From an uncultured Bacilli bacterium (lineage in GTDB: Bacteria; Bacillota_I; Bacilli_A; RF39; UBA660): 64,000 bases of DNA. The notes below the pieces were generated by a model that searched no databases, had not been told where the DNA came from, and saw only the letters and a list, made by a program, of their open reading frames with translations. Below, in pieces: positions 27,989 to 37,719 of the stretch. The stretch is taken from NCBI GenBank assembly GCA_934155645.1, contig CAKPHC010000005.1:75819-139818 (forward strand), read 5' to 3'. Each line of letters begins with the position of its first letter. The stretch's first letter is position 1. The translations under genes and the position numbers were made by a program.

Positions 27989-28827
27989 TGAGATTTAAAA
28001 AAATATATATAGAGATAACTAATTCATGTAATTTAAACTGTTCTTTTTGTCACAACAATAATCGTAGTAAACAATTTATAAGTGTGGAAAAGTTTAAGGA
28101 AGTAATTTCTAAGATAAAAGATTATACAGAATATATATATTTACACGTGAAAGGGGAACCTTTATTACATCCCAATTTAGAAGAGATACTTGCTATATGT
28201 GAACAAAACAATATCAAGGTAAATATAACTACAAATGGCACTTTACTAAAGACTAGATATGATACCTTAAAAAAGTTTTCATGTGTAAGGCAACTAAATA
28301 TTTCGCTACACTCCGAAAACAACTTATTAACATATTACGATGATGTTTTTGAAACCTGTAAAGAATTATCACAGAATATGTTCATAAGCTATAGATTATG
28401 GACATTAAAAGACTATAAATTGGATAAAAAATCCACAGATGTTGTTGATAAAATAATTAAAAGTTATAATTTATCAACAAATATAGTGGAAAAATTATAT
28501 TGCGACCGTTCAGTCAAAATATTTTTGAACACTTTTGTGAATAAAGATAATTTGTTTTCTTGGCCAACGCTAGATGCTGAAAACGAAAGTGATGGTTTTT
28601 GCTATGGATTAAATACACATATTGGAATATTGGTTGATGGAACTGTAGTACCTTGTTGTTTAGATGGTGAAGGCATTATAAATTTGGGAAACATTTTCGA
28701 GGAAACGATAGAAGAGATATTACAAAAAGGTAGAACTAAGCAAATTATAGAAAATTTTAATCAAAATAAATGTAGCGAAGAATTATGCAAAAAATGTGAA
28801 TATAAAAATAGATTTATAAAAAAATAA
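27988..28827 (+). CDS. radical SAM enzyme with C-terminal SPASM/twitch-like Cys cluster
   Basis: N-terminal CNLNCSFC (Cx3Cx2C). C-terminal Cys pattern …C…PCC…C-x4-C-x2-C. Start overlaps the uvrB stop (TAATG). Confidence 0.7.
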   Translation: MRFKKIYIEITNSCNLNCSFCHNNNRSKQFISVEKFKEVISKIKDYTEYIYLHVKGEPLLHPNLEEILAICEQNNIKVNITTNGTLLKTRYDTLKKFSCVRQLNISLHSENNLLTYYDDVFETCKELSQNMFISYRLWTLKDYKLDKKSTDVVDKIIKSYNLSTNIVEKLYCDRSVKIFLNTFVNKDNLFSWPTLDAENESDGFCYGLNTHIGILVDGTVVPCCLDGEGIINLGNIFEETIEEILQKGRTKQIIENFNQNKCSEELCKKCEYKNRFIKK

Positions 28828-28862
28828 TGTATGGTATAATACAAGTGATTTAGGAGGCATTC

Positions 28863-29450
28863 ATGGCTAACAAAAATATTGAAATGTTAAAAGTTTTCTT
28901 TGGAGTAATAAATAATAATGAAAAGTATATAAACCTAGTATTACCTAACTGCTATGTTAAAAGTGTTTATGATATAGATTACGAAACATTATATAAGAAA
29001 GGCTATCACAGTATTATATTTGATATTGATAATACATTATTACCGGTTAACGATATTAAAGTACCAGAAGATTTGAAATGCTTAATGGAACAATTAAAAG
29101 GATATGGCTTTAATGTATGTATTGTATCTAATAATTCAATAGAAAGAGTATTACCGCCAGCTGAAAACTTAGGAGTTACTTATCTTGCTAATGCTCATAA
29201 ACCAAATCCAATCGCTTTTTCAACAGCATTAAAAGAGTTAAATTCAACCGTTGAAGAAACAGTTATGGTGGGTGACCAAATGCTTAGTGACATTAAAGGT
29301 GCTAATGAGTATGGATTATACAGTATTTTAGTTGACCCGGTTGATAATAAATATGATATTAAAACTGGTACTAGTCGTGTATTACAAAATATAATGATAA
29401 AAAAATTAAGTAAGAGAGATTTATTTAAAAAAGGTTCTTATTATAAATAG
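28863..29450 (+). CDS. HAD superfamily phosphatase, YqeG-like (HAD-IIIA)
   Basis: Motif I IIFDIDNTLL (DxDxT). Size and motif order match the YqeG family. Confidence 0.6.
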   Translation: MANKNIEMLKVFFGVINNNEKYINLVLPNCYVKSVYDIDYETLYKKGYHSIIFDIDNTLLPVNDIKVPEDLKCLMEQLKGYGFNVCIVSNNSIERVLPPAENLGVTYLANAHKPNPIAFSTALKELNSTVEETVMVGDQMLSDIKGANEYGLYSILVDPVDNKYDIKTGTSRVLQNIMIKKLSKRDLFKKGSYYK

Positions 29451-29462
29451 GAGGATAAAGAT

Positions 29463-32270
29463 ATGAATGAAATAATAATTAAAGGTGCTAGAGAAAACAA
29501 TTTAAAAAATATAGATATAACACTACCAAAAAACAAGTTAATTGTTATGACAGGAGTATCAGGTAGTGGTAAAAGTAGTTTAGCTTTTGACACAATATAT
29601 GCCGAAGGTCAAAGAAGATACGTTGAAAGTTTAAGTGCATATGCTAGACAATTTTTAGGTGGAACCGAAAAACCAGATGTAGATTCCATTGAAGGTTTAT
29701 CTCCATCTATTAGTATTGACCAGAAGACAACTAACAAAAATCCTCGTTCTACAGTAGGAACTGTTACTGAAATATATGATTATTTAAGATTGCTATATGC
29801 AAGAATAGGTACCCCATACTGTCCAAATCATCATATACCAATAAAAGCCCAAAGTATTGAGGAAATGGTAAATAAATTATTAGAATATGAAATTGGTACT
29901 AAATTTGTAATTATGGCACCGGTAGTTCACGGTGAAAAAGGAACACACAAAGATTTATTTGACAAATTACGCAGTGACGGATTTGTAAGAGTAAGAGTAA
30001 ATGGCGAAATGCGTGATTTATCTGAAGAGATAGTTTTAGATAAAAATATAAAGGATGACATAGATGTAATAGTTGATAGATTAATCTTAAAAGATGATAT
30101 AAGGTCACGATTACATGAATCAATTGAGACAGCAACGAAACTTGCAGAAGGAAAAGTTCTAATAGAGATACCAGGTGTTAAAGAAATTCTTTTTTCAGAG
30201 AATTTTGCATGTCCTTATTGCGAATTTTCATTGCCCGAGTTAGAACCAAGATTATTTAGTTTTAATTCACCGTATGGTGCATGTCCTGACTGTAAAGGTT
30301 TAGGAATAAAACTAAATATTGACCCAGATTTAGTAATACCTAATCAAGAATTATCAATTAATGATGGATGTATTGCGACACTAAGTGATGACCAAGATGG
30401 AATATATTATAAGAGACTAGAATCAGTATGTAATTATTATGATATAGATATGAATAAACCATTTAAGAATTTGACCAAGAAGGAAAAAGAGATAGTATTA
30501 TACGGTTCTCCTGATAAAGTTGATTTCAAGTATACAACAAGAGGAGGCACATCATACAATCAAAAAGATTATTACGAAGGAATTATTACCAATTTACAAC
30601 GTAGATATATGGAAACAAGCAGTACATGGATTCGTGAATGGCTAGAAAATTATATGATTGAAACAGAATGTGAGACTTGCCATGGGGCTAGATTAGATGA
30701 CAGTGTTCTATCAGTTTTAGTTGGTAAAAAGAACATATATGAAATGACATGTATGAGTATCAAAAACTTAGTAACATTTTTTGATGATTTAAAATTAACA
30801 GAAGAACAAGAAAAAATCTCTGGATTGTTAATAAAAGAAATAAAGAATAGGTTGTCTTTCCTAAAAAATGTTGGATTGGAATATTTAACATTAAATAGAA
30901 TGGCTGGTACTTTATCTGGAGGAGAGGCACAAAGAATTAGATTGGCCACTCAGATAGGCTCAAGACTTACAGGTGTTTTATATGTTTTAGATGAGCCAAG
31001 TATCGGATTACATCAAAGAGATAATGAAAAATTAATTAATGCTTTAAAAGAAATGCGTGATTTAGGTAATACGTTAATTGTTGTAGAACATGATACAGAT
31101 ACTATGCTAGCGGCAGATTATCTAGTAGATATTGGACCAGGAGCTGGAGACAATGGTGGACAAGTTATGGCCGCAGGAACTCCAGAAGAAGTAATGAAGA
31201 ACGAAAATAGTATTACTGGACGATATTTAAGTGGCAAAGAATGCATTGAAATTCCAAAAAAGAGAAGAAAAGGTAATGGATTGTTTATCGAAGTCAAAGG
31301 TGCCAAGGAAAATAACTTGAAAGATATTAACGTTAAGTTTCCACTTGGAACTTTTACATGTGTAACTGGAGTATCAGGTAGTGGTAAAAGTAGTTTAGTT
31401 ATGGAAATTCTATGTAAAGGAGCTTTGAATTATTTATATCACACAAAAGACAAGCCAGGTAAACATAAAAAGATAATCGGACTAGAGAACATAGATAAAG
31501 TTGTTGATATTACACAGAATCCAATTGGAAGAACACCAAGAAGTAATCCAGCCACTTATACAGGTGTATTTGATGATATAAGAACACTATTCACAACAAC
31601 CAAAGAAGCTAAAATGTATGGCTTTGGTAAAGATAGATTTTCATTTAATGTTAAAGGAGGCCGCTGTGAGGCTTGCCGTGGTGATGGCGTTAAAAAAATA
31701 GAAATGCATTTTTTACCAGATGTTTATATTCCATGTGAAGTATGCCATGGTACAAGATACAATAGTGAAACAAGATTAATTAAATATAAAGGCAAGAATA
31801 TTGCTGAAGTATTAGATATGCGAGTATCTGAAGCGTTAGAATTCTTTGAAAACGTACCTAAAATTAAAAATAAATTACAAGTACTTAATGATGTTGGTTT
31901 AGGGTATATAAAACTTGGTCAAAGTGCTCCAACTTTATCAGGTGGAGAAGCTGGTAGAGTTAAACTTGCTAAAGAGCTTCAAAGAAAAGCAACCGGGAAA
32001 ACACTATTTATAATGGATGAACCAACAACCGGATTGCATTCAGCAGACATTAAAAGGTTACTTGCAATTATTCAAAAAATAGTAGATAATAATGATACAG
32101 TGATAGTTATAGAACATAACTTGGATATGATAAAAGTTGCTGATTACATCATAGATATTGGTCCTAACGGTGGAGATGATGGTGGTAGAATAGTTGCAAC
32201 AGGGACTCCAGAACAAATAGCTAAAAATAAAGATTCATATACAGGAATGTTCCTAAGTAAAATGTTATAG
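29463..32270 (+). CDS. uvrA: excinuclease ABC subunit A
   Basis: Two ABC modules (GVSGSGKSSL twice); zinc-finger Cys clusters CPYCEFS…CPDC and CEAC…CEVCHG. Confidence 0.95.
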   Translation: MNEIIIKGARENNLKNIDITLPKNKLIVMTGVSGSGKSSLAFDTIYAEGQRRYVESLSAYARQFLGGTEKPDVDSIEGLSPSISIDQKTTNKNPRSTVGTVTEIYDYLRLLYARIGTPYCPNHHIPIKAQSIEEMVNKLLEYEIGTKFVIMAPVVHGEKGTHKDLFDKLRSDGFVRVRVNGEMRDLSEEIVLDKNIKDDIDVIVDRLILKDDIRSRLHESIETATKLAEGKVLIEIPGVKEILFSENFACPYCEFSLPELEPRLFSFNSPYGACPDCKGLGIKLNIDPDLVIPNQELSINDGCIATLSDDQDGIYYKRLESVCNYYDIDMNKPFKNLTKKEKEIVLYGSPDKVDFKYTTRGGTSYNQKDYYEGIITNLQRRYMETSSTWIREWLENYMIETECETCHGARLDDSVLSVLVGKKNIYEMTCMSIKNLVTFFDDLKLTEEQEKISGLLIKEIKNRLSFLKNVGLEYLTLNRMAGTLSGGEAQRIRLATQIGSRLTGVLYVLDEPSIGLHQRDNEKLINALKEMRDLGNTLIVVEHDTDTMLAADYLVDIGPGAGDNGGQVMAAGTPEEVMKNENSITGRYLSGKECIEIPKKRRKGNGLFIEVKGAKENNLKDINVKFPLGTFTCVTGVSGSGKSSLVMEILCKGALNYLYHTKDKPGKHKKIIGLENIDKVVDITQNPIGRTPRSNPATYTGVFDDIRTLFTTTKEAKMYGFGKDRFSFNVKGGRCEACRGDGVKKIEMHFLPDVYIPCEVCHGTRYNSETRLIKYKGKNIAEVLDMRVSEALEFFENVPKIKNKLQVLNDVGLGYIKLGQSAPTLSGGEAGRVKLAKELQRKATGKTLFIMDEPTTGLHSADIKRLLAIIQKIVDNNDTVIVIEHNLDMIKVADYIIDIGPNGGDDGGRIVATGTPEQIAKNKDSYTGMFLSKML

Positions 32271-32278
32271 GAGGTTCT

Positions 32279-32707
32279 ATGAAAATTGTAACTATTGATA
32301 CTAATAATAAGGCTAGATTAAATAAGATACTTGAATGGTTTATTTATATGGTTGGGTACACAATATCGTTTATTTTAATTTCATTAATGTTTGGTACTTT
32401 TAAAATAAATGGTGACCATTTTATACTTTATTCATTTTTAGCAGTAGTATTAATTTATATACTTAACAAAACTATTAAACCAATTTTATTTAAACTAACA
32501 CTTCCAATTACAGGAATAACAATGGGATTGTTTTACTTTGTTATTAATGCTGCGATTCTAAAGTTAGTTGATATTATAATGGGTGATAAATTAGATTTTA
32601 CAAGTGTATGGAAATTATTTTTTATTGCAATACTTTTGGCGGTGACTAATGCCATTATAGAAGAATTAATTATTAAACCAATTATAAGGAGGTTTAAAAA
32701 GAAATGA
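32279..32707 (+). CDS. small 4-TM membrane protein, YvlD/DUF360 (phage holin 4_2 family)-like
   Basis: 142 aa with four hydrophobic helices and a basic C-terminus. Family assignment is by size and topology. Confidence 0.4.
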   Translation: MKIVTIDTNNKARLNKILEWFIYMVGYTISFILISLMFGTFKINGDHFILYSFLAVVLIYILNKTIKPILFKLTLPITGITMGLFYFVINAAILKLVDIIMGDKLDFTSVWKLFFIAILLAVTNAIIEELIIKPIIRRFKKK

Positions 32708-33519
32708 ACAGAATAGCATTAGACCTTGGATTCATACAAATATATTGGTATTCCATAATGATTTTAATAGGATTACTAGTAGGTTTATCTTTTATTTATA
32801 GCGAAGTTAAAAAGCAAAAAATTAATACTGATTTTTTTACTAATTTAGTATTTTATGCAATTATTATAGGAATAATCTGTGCTAGAGCATATTATGTTTT
32901 GTTTAATTTGGATTACTATAGTAATAACGTATTAGAAATATTCGAAATTTGGAACGGTGGACTAGCAATCCATGGAGGCCTTATAGGTGGAGGATTATTT
33001 GCTATTTTCTATTGTAAAAAGTATAAAGTAAATGTTTACAAAATATTAGATATATGTGTTGTTGGATTAATAATTGCACAAGCTATAGGTAGATGGGGAA
33101 ACTTCTTCAATCAAGAAGCTTATGGAATGTTAACAACTAAAGAAGCTTTGATAGCACAACATATACCAGACTTTATTATCGATGGTATGTATATAAATGG
33201 TGCATATTATCAACCTACATTTTTATATGAATCAATTTGGAATATAATGGGCTTTTTAATTCTAATAATAGTAAGAAAAGCATTTAAATATTTAAAAACT
33301 GGTCAATTAACAGGAATATATTTTGTTTGGTATTCAGTAGGAAGAATATTTATAGAGGGACTACGAAGTGATAGTTTAATGTTAGGAAACGTCAAAGTTG
33401 CCCAATTAGTCTCGTCGATTTTAATAATCGCTGGTATTATATTGATTGTTAAAAGAAGTAAAGGTTCCCGTTTTGATAATCTATATCGTAGGAGTGAAAA
33501 AGATGAAACAGGATTTTGA
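32704..33519 (+). CDS. lgt: prolipoprotein diacylglyceryl transferase
   Basis: Lgt signature …YFVWYSVGRIFIEGLRSD…, multi-TM. Confidence 0.9.
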   Translation: MNRIALDLGFIQIYWYSIMILIGLLVGLSFIYSEVKKQKINTDFFTNLVFYAIIIGIICARAYYVLFNLDYYSNNVLEIFEIWNGGLAIHGGLIGGGLFAIFYCKKYKVNVYKILDICVVGLIIAQAIGRWGNFFNQEAYGMLTTKEALIAQHIPDFIIDGMYINGAYYQPTFLYESIWNIMGFLILIIVRKAFKYLKTGQLTGIYFVWYSVGRIFIEGLRSDSLMLGNVKVAQLVSSILIIAGIILIVKRSKGSRFDNLYRRSEKDETGF

Positions 33520-34417
33520 TGTAGCAATAATTGGCTCAGGTGTAGCAGGTATGACTGCTGCAATTTACCTTAAAAGAAGTGGTATTAATTGCTGTATATT
33601 AGAAAGAGAAGTACCGGGTGGACAAATTAATAAAGCTTCATCTGTTAGAAATTATCCCGGATTTATCGAAATAACAGGACCAGATTTGTCTAAAAATATT
33701 TTTGAGCAAGTAAATGATTTAGGAATTGTTTATAAATATGGTAATGTTTTAAAAATCAGTATTGAAGATGATTGCAAGATAATAAAAACAGATATAGAAG
33801 AGATTACTGTTAAAAACATCATTATTGCTACCGGCAGAACGGCAAGAAAACTTGGAATTCCTGGTGAAGACAAGTTGGTTGGCAAAGGTGTTAGTTATTG
33901 CGCTTTATGTGATGCCAACTTCTTTAAGAATCAAGATGTATTAGTAGTAGGTGGTGCCAATAGTGCGTTAGAAGAAGCTATATACTTATCTAACATCTGT
34001 AAAAAAGTAACCATAGTACATAGACGTGAATTAACTGCTGACCAAATCTTTATTGATCAATTAAAAAATATCTCAAACATCGAATTAAAACTTTATTGTA
34101 CTGTTAAGCAACTAAATGAAAAAGAAGGAATATTAGAATCTGCTACTATAGTTAATAAAGATAAAACTGAAGAGAATATCGATGTAAAAGGGTGCTTCAT
34201 ATATATAGGACAAATTCCAGCAAACGAATCATTTAAAGATGTTATAGAATTTGATGAGAAGGGATATGTTAAAGTTAACGAACATAACGAGACGAATGTT
34301 AAAGGAATATATGCAGCAGGTGACATCGTAAAAAAAGATGCATATCAATTGCTTACTGCTATGAGTGATGGCGTTATAGCAGCAGTGAACTGCATAAAGG
34401 ATATAAAAAATCAATAA
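33503..34417 (+). CDS. trxB: thioredoxin-disulfide reductase
   Basis: FAD motif AIIGSGVAGMTAA, redox-active CALCD and NADPH motif GGANSALEEA. The start is placed at MKQDFDV (RBS GGAGTG), not the upstream in-frame ATG at 33446. Confidence 0.9.
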   Translation: MKQDFDVAIIGSGVAGMTAAIYLKRSGINCCILEREVPGGQINKASSVRNYPGFIEITGPDLSKNIFEQVNDLGIVYKYGNVLKISIEDDCKIIKTDIEEITVKNIIIATGRTARKLGIPGEDKLVGKGVSYCALCDANFFKNQDVLVVGGANSALEEAIYLSNICKKVTIVHRRELTADQIFIDQLKNISNIELKLYCTVKQLNEKEGILESATIVNKDKTEENIDVKGCFIYIGQIPANESFKDVIEFDEKGYVKVNEHNETNVKGIYAAGDIVKKDAYQLLTAMSDGVIAAVNCIKDIKNQ

Positions 34418-34423
34418 ATACTT

Positions 34424-34482
34424 GACTCTAAAACACTTATATGTTATTTTATAACTGACACAGATAAGTGTTTTTATTTTGG
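34424..34482 (+). terminator. long-loop hairpin/terminator (AAACACTTAT…ATAAGTGTTT + T-run) overlapping a possible secE promoter
   Basis: Inverted repeat seen directly. TTGACT-17-TATTTT lies within the same region. Confidence 0.4.
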
Positions 34483-34504
34483 TTAAATAAGGTAGGGGAT
34501 AAAA

Positions 34505-34804
34505 ATGGTAAAAGAATCAAAAAACACTAAAGCAAAAAAAGATGTAGAAAGCAAAAAGAACAACAAGAAGGTAGCAACAAAGAAAGTACAAAAAAAAGAA
34601 GTAAAGAAAGTAAAAAAAGAAGGATTATTCAAAAAAATTGGAAACTGGTTTAAATCAGTAATCAAAGAAGTTTCAAAAGTAAAATGGACTTCAAAAAAAG
34701 ATATGCTTAAATATTCAATTGCAACAATCGTATTTATAATTTTCTTTTCTTTATTCTTCTATGCTATTGAATTATTAATGGCATTTGTAAAGTCTTTGGT
34801 ATAG
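34505..34804 (+). CDS. secE: preprotein translocase subunit SecE with ~45-aa Lys-rich N-terminal extension
   Basis: C-terminal …KVKWTSKKDMLKYSIATIVFIIFFSLFFYAIE matches the SecE TM core. It lies immediately upstream of nusG. Confidence 0.8.
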   Translation: MVKESKNTKAKKDVESKKNNKKVATKKVQKKEVKKVKKEGLFKKIGNWFKSVIKEVSKVKWTSKKDMLKYSIATIVFIIFFSLFFYAIELLMAFVKSLV

Positions 34805-34816
34805 GTTGGTGATATT

Positions 34817-35350
34817 ATGGAAAAACAATGGTATGTAGTTAATACTTATTCTGGACATGAAAGTAAAGTTAAGGAAAAACTAGAAATGAAAGCAAATTCT
34901 ATGGATATGAAAGATTATATCTTTAGAGTTATAATTCCTGAACAAAAAGAAATTGAAGTAAAAGATGGTGTTCAAAAAGAAAAAGTTAAAAAGATGTTTC
35001 CAGGTTACATTTTAGTTGAAATGGTTATGAGTGATGAAGCATGGTATGTTGTTCGTAATACTCCAGGTGTAACAGGATTTATAGGTTCAAGTGGTAAAGG
35101 TGCAAAACCAACTCCTTTACAACCATATGAAGTTGATAATATCTTAAGAAATATGGGTATTAGCAGATTTGATACAGATAAAGAATTAGAAGTAGGAACA
35201 AAGGTAAAAATTATTGCTGGTCCATTTAACGGAATGTATGGAACTATTTCTACAATCGATATGGAAAATCAAAAATTAGAATTAAACGTAGATTTATTTG
35301 GACAAGAAACTACTGTTGAAGTTGAATTATCTCAAATAGAGGTGGCATAA
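34817..35350 (+). CDS. nusG: transcription termination/antitermination factor NusG
   Basis: NGN domain (WYVVNTYSGHE) and KOW motif (GTKVKIIAGPFNGMYGTI). Confidence 0.95.
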   Translation: MEKQWYVVNTYSGHESKVKEKLEMKANSMDMKDYIFRVIIPEQKEIEVKDGVQKEKVKKMFPGYILVEMVMSDEAWYVVRNTPGVTGFIGSSGKGAKPTPLQPYEVDNILRNMGISRFDTDKELEVGTKVKIIAGPFNGMYGTISTIDMENQKLELNVDLFGQETTVEVELSQIEVA

Positions 35351-35352
35351 CA

Positions 35353-36204
35353 GTGAGTATAAAAATGGGTGACACTAGTCTTTCAGAAGAAAGATATATT
35401 GAATTAAAAAAACTAGCGTATGATTACTATGATAAATATAATGAATTGGATAGAGTATCAAGGAAAGATTTTTTAGATAGTATCCCTAGTCTTAACACAC
35501 ATTTTGAAGACTTAATCGTAAGAACAACTTTATTATTTCCTGATACTGAAGATTTATTAAAAATATCAAAAGGTTCTCTTCATAACGTTCTTAAAGAAAT
35601 AGCTAACAATGAAGACGGTATTACAAATGAAGATGTTTTGGCTAAAAGCGTTGAATATTCAACTCAAAGAGTAAAAGAACTCATCAATGAAGGCAAATTA
35701 AAAGTTATGGAAAGAATTAAATATCCAGAAACAAGTATAAGTGAGAAAGAATATGTTGCATTAAAAAAAGAAGCATTAAAATATAGAAAAGCTTTTTTAG
35801 GTTTAAGCATAGTGAAGAAATCAGAAATGATTGAAGAGTGCGCTAAGGATGCTTCATATCAAGAATGTATACAATTGGCAACTTTACTAATTCCAAATGA
35901 TTCAAAAGTGATTTCAATGATGAAAAATCATTCAAACCTTGAAATTGCAGATAAATATAATGTTCCAGTTAGCGTAATTGAATTTAAGCGACATGAATAT
36001 AATTATCAAGGAACAGAAAAACTAATAGAAAAAGGATTGTTTGAAAAATCACAAGATGACGCCCTATGGAATTCATCTGATTTAGATGACAGCTTTATAG
36101 ATGCCATTTGGGATCAAAGTTTTTATAAAGGTATTGAAGAAGAACAGCAACAACAAGTAACTAAAAATTTAGTTAAGATATATTCCAAAGCAATAAAGAA
36201 CTAA
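35353..36204 (+). CDS. hypothetical protein inserted between nusG and rplK (no recognisable family)
   Basis: GTG start 7 nt after GAGGTGG, 2 nt after the nusG stop. 283 aa, acidic, no TM. Confidence 0.5.
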   Translation: MSIKMGDTSLSEERYIELKKLAYDYYDKYNELDRVSRKDFLDSIPSLNTHFEDLIVRTTLLFPDTEDLLKISKGSLHNVLKEIANNEDGITNEDVLAKSVEYSTQRVKELINEGKLKVMERIKYPETSISEKEYVALKKEALKYRKAFLGLSIVKKSEMIEECAKDASYQECIQLATLLIPNDSKVISMMKNHSNLEIADKYNVPVSVIEFKRHEYNYQGTEKLIEKGLFEKSQDDALWNSSDLDDSFIDAIWDQSFYKGIEEEQQQQVTKNLVKIYSKAIKN

Positions 36205-36366
36205 CATTATTTATTAAATAATTATTGATTTTTATTAAGAATAATGTTATTATTGAAACGCTATATTTAATTTATATAGATTTAAGTGGGAGGCAAAAAG
36301 CTAATTAAATGCGGACTAGCTATTAGAACCACTCGCGAAAACTAAAATTTATAGGAGGTGTTTTTC

Positions 36367-36792
36367 GTGGCAAAAGAAGTAGTAAGAAAAATCAAGTTGC
36401 AAATTCAAGCAGGAAAAGCTACACCAGCTCCACCAGTAGGAACTGTATTAGGACCTGCAGGAATCAATTTACAAGAATTCTGTACAAAGTACAATGATGC
36501 AACACGTGATAGAATGGGTGATGTATTACCAGTTGAAATTTCTATATATGATGATAGAAGTTTTGATTTCGTAATTAAAACTCCACCTACACCATTCTTA
36601 TTAAAGAAAGCAGCAAAAATAGAAAAAGGTTCTGTTAAAGGTAAGAATGAAACAGTAGGAACAATAACAAAAGAACAATTAAAAGAAATTGCAGAAACTA
36701 AATTACCAGATTTAAATGCTTATACTGTTGAAGAAGCTATGAAAATTGTTGAGGGTACTGCTCTTAACATGGGTATTAAAGTTTCAGAGTAA
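36367..36792 (+). CDS. rplK: 50S ribosomal protein L11
   Basis: [30 protein letters not shown]… The GTG start at 36367 is preferred over the six-frame ORF start at 36358, which sits inside the RBS AGGAGGTG. Confidence 0.9.
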   Translation: MAKEVVRKIKLQIQAGKATPAPPVGTVLGPAGINLQEFCTKYNDATRDRMGDVLPVEISIYDDRSFDFVIKTPPTPFLLKKAAKIEKGSVKGKNETVGTITKEQLKEIAETKLPDLNAYTVEEAMKIVEGTALNMGIKVSE

Positions 36793-36796
36793 TAAA

Positions 36797-36850
36797 TGGT
36801 AACCTATGTGGGAGGACGTCCGCTTACGCTTCCATATTTACCACATAAGG
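36797..36850 (+). promoter_or_regulatory. structured element upstream of rplA (possible L1-binding autoregulatory site)
   Basis: Stem CCTATGTGG…CCACATAAGG encloses GGGAGGACGTCCGCTTACGCTTCC and abuts the rplA RBS. Confidence 0.35.
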
Positions 36851-36860
36851 AGGAATTAAA

Positions 36861-37559
36861 GTGAAAAAAAGAAGTAAGAAATATCTTGAAGCTTTATCAA
36901 AAATAGAAAAAGGTAAAGCATATACTAAAGAAGAAGCTATTAAATTAGTAAAAGAAACTTCTGTTAGTAAATTTAATGCTTCTGTTGAATTAGCAGTTAG
37001 ATTAAATCTTGATACTAAAAAAGCTGATCAACAATTAAGAGGAGCAATAGTATTACCTCATGGAACAGGTAAAACTAAAAAGGTATTAGTAATTGCTAGA
37101 GGAGAAAATGCTAAAAAAGCTAAAGAAGCTGGAGCAGACTTCGTTGGTGATACTGATATGCTAGAAAAAATTGAAAAAGAAAACTGGTTCGGATTTGACG
37201 TAATGATTGCAACACCAGATATGATGCCATTACTTGGCAAATTAGGTAGAGTATTAGGACCAAAAGGTTTAATGCCAAACCCTAAAACTGGTACTGTAAC
37301 TACAGATGTTGCTAAAGCAGTATCTGATGTAAAAGCAGGACGTGTTGAATATAGAACAGATACATTTGGTAATATTCAAGGTATCATTGGTAATGTAACA
37401 TTTACAGAAGAACAATTACTTGAAAATTTAAATGCATTTATGGCAACAATTATGAAAGTAAAACCTTCTACTGTTAAAGGTGATTACGTTAAAAATATAG
37501 CAGTTTCAACTACTATGGGTCCAGGAATTAAAATTATTACAAATTCTTTTGACAAATAG
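36861..37559 (+). CDS. rplA: 50S ribosomal protein L1
   Basis: GTG start; [22 protein letters not shown]… is a typical L1 N-terminus. Confidence 0.95.
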   Translation: MKKRSKKYLEALSKIEKGKAYTKEEAIKLVKETSVSKFNASVELAVRLNLDTKKADQQLRGAIVLPHGTGKTKKVLVIARGENAKKAKEAGADFVGDTDMLEKIEKENWFGFDVMIATPDMMPLLGKLGRVLGPKGLMPNPKTGTVTTDVAKAVSDVKAGRVEYRTDTFGNIQGIIGNVTFTEEQLLENLNAFMATIMKVKPSTVKGDYVKNIAVSTTMGPGIKIITNSFDK

Positions 37560-37719
37560 TAATTAGTGATATATAATACAAATTGATTTGCAAGTGCCAT
37601 AGACAGTAGGTGTTAAAATAAATCCTACCGAGGACTTAACTTTAGTTATAAAAGCCCTTTGTCTATGTATAAAGAGCTTTTATTTATGGCATTTTTAAAT
37701 ATTATGAGGAGGTGCTATA
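37560..37719 (+). promoter_or_regulatory. rplJ promoter and L10(L12)4-binding leader (L10 leader-like)
   Basis: TATAAT at ~37571, then a ~140-nt structured leader before RBS GAGGAGG. Position matches the Firmicutes L10 leader. Confidence 0.45.
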
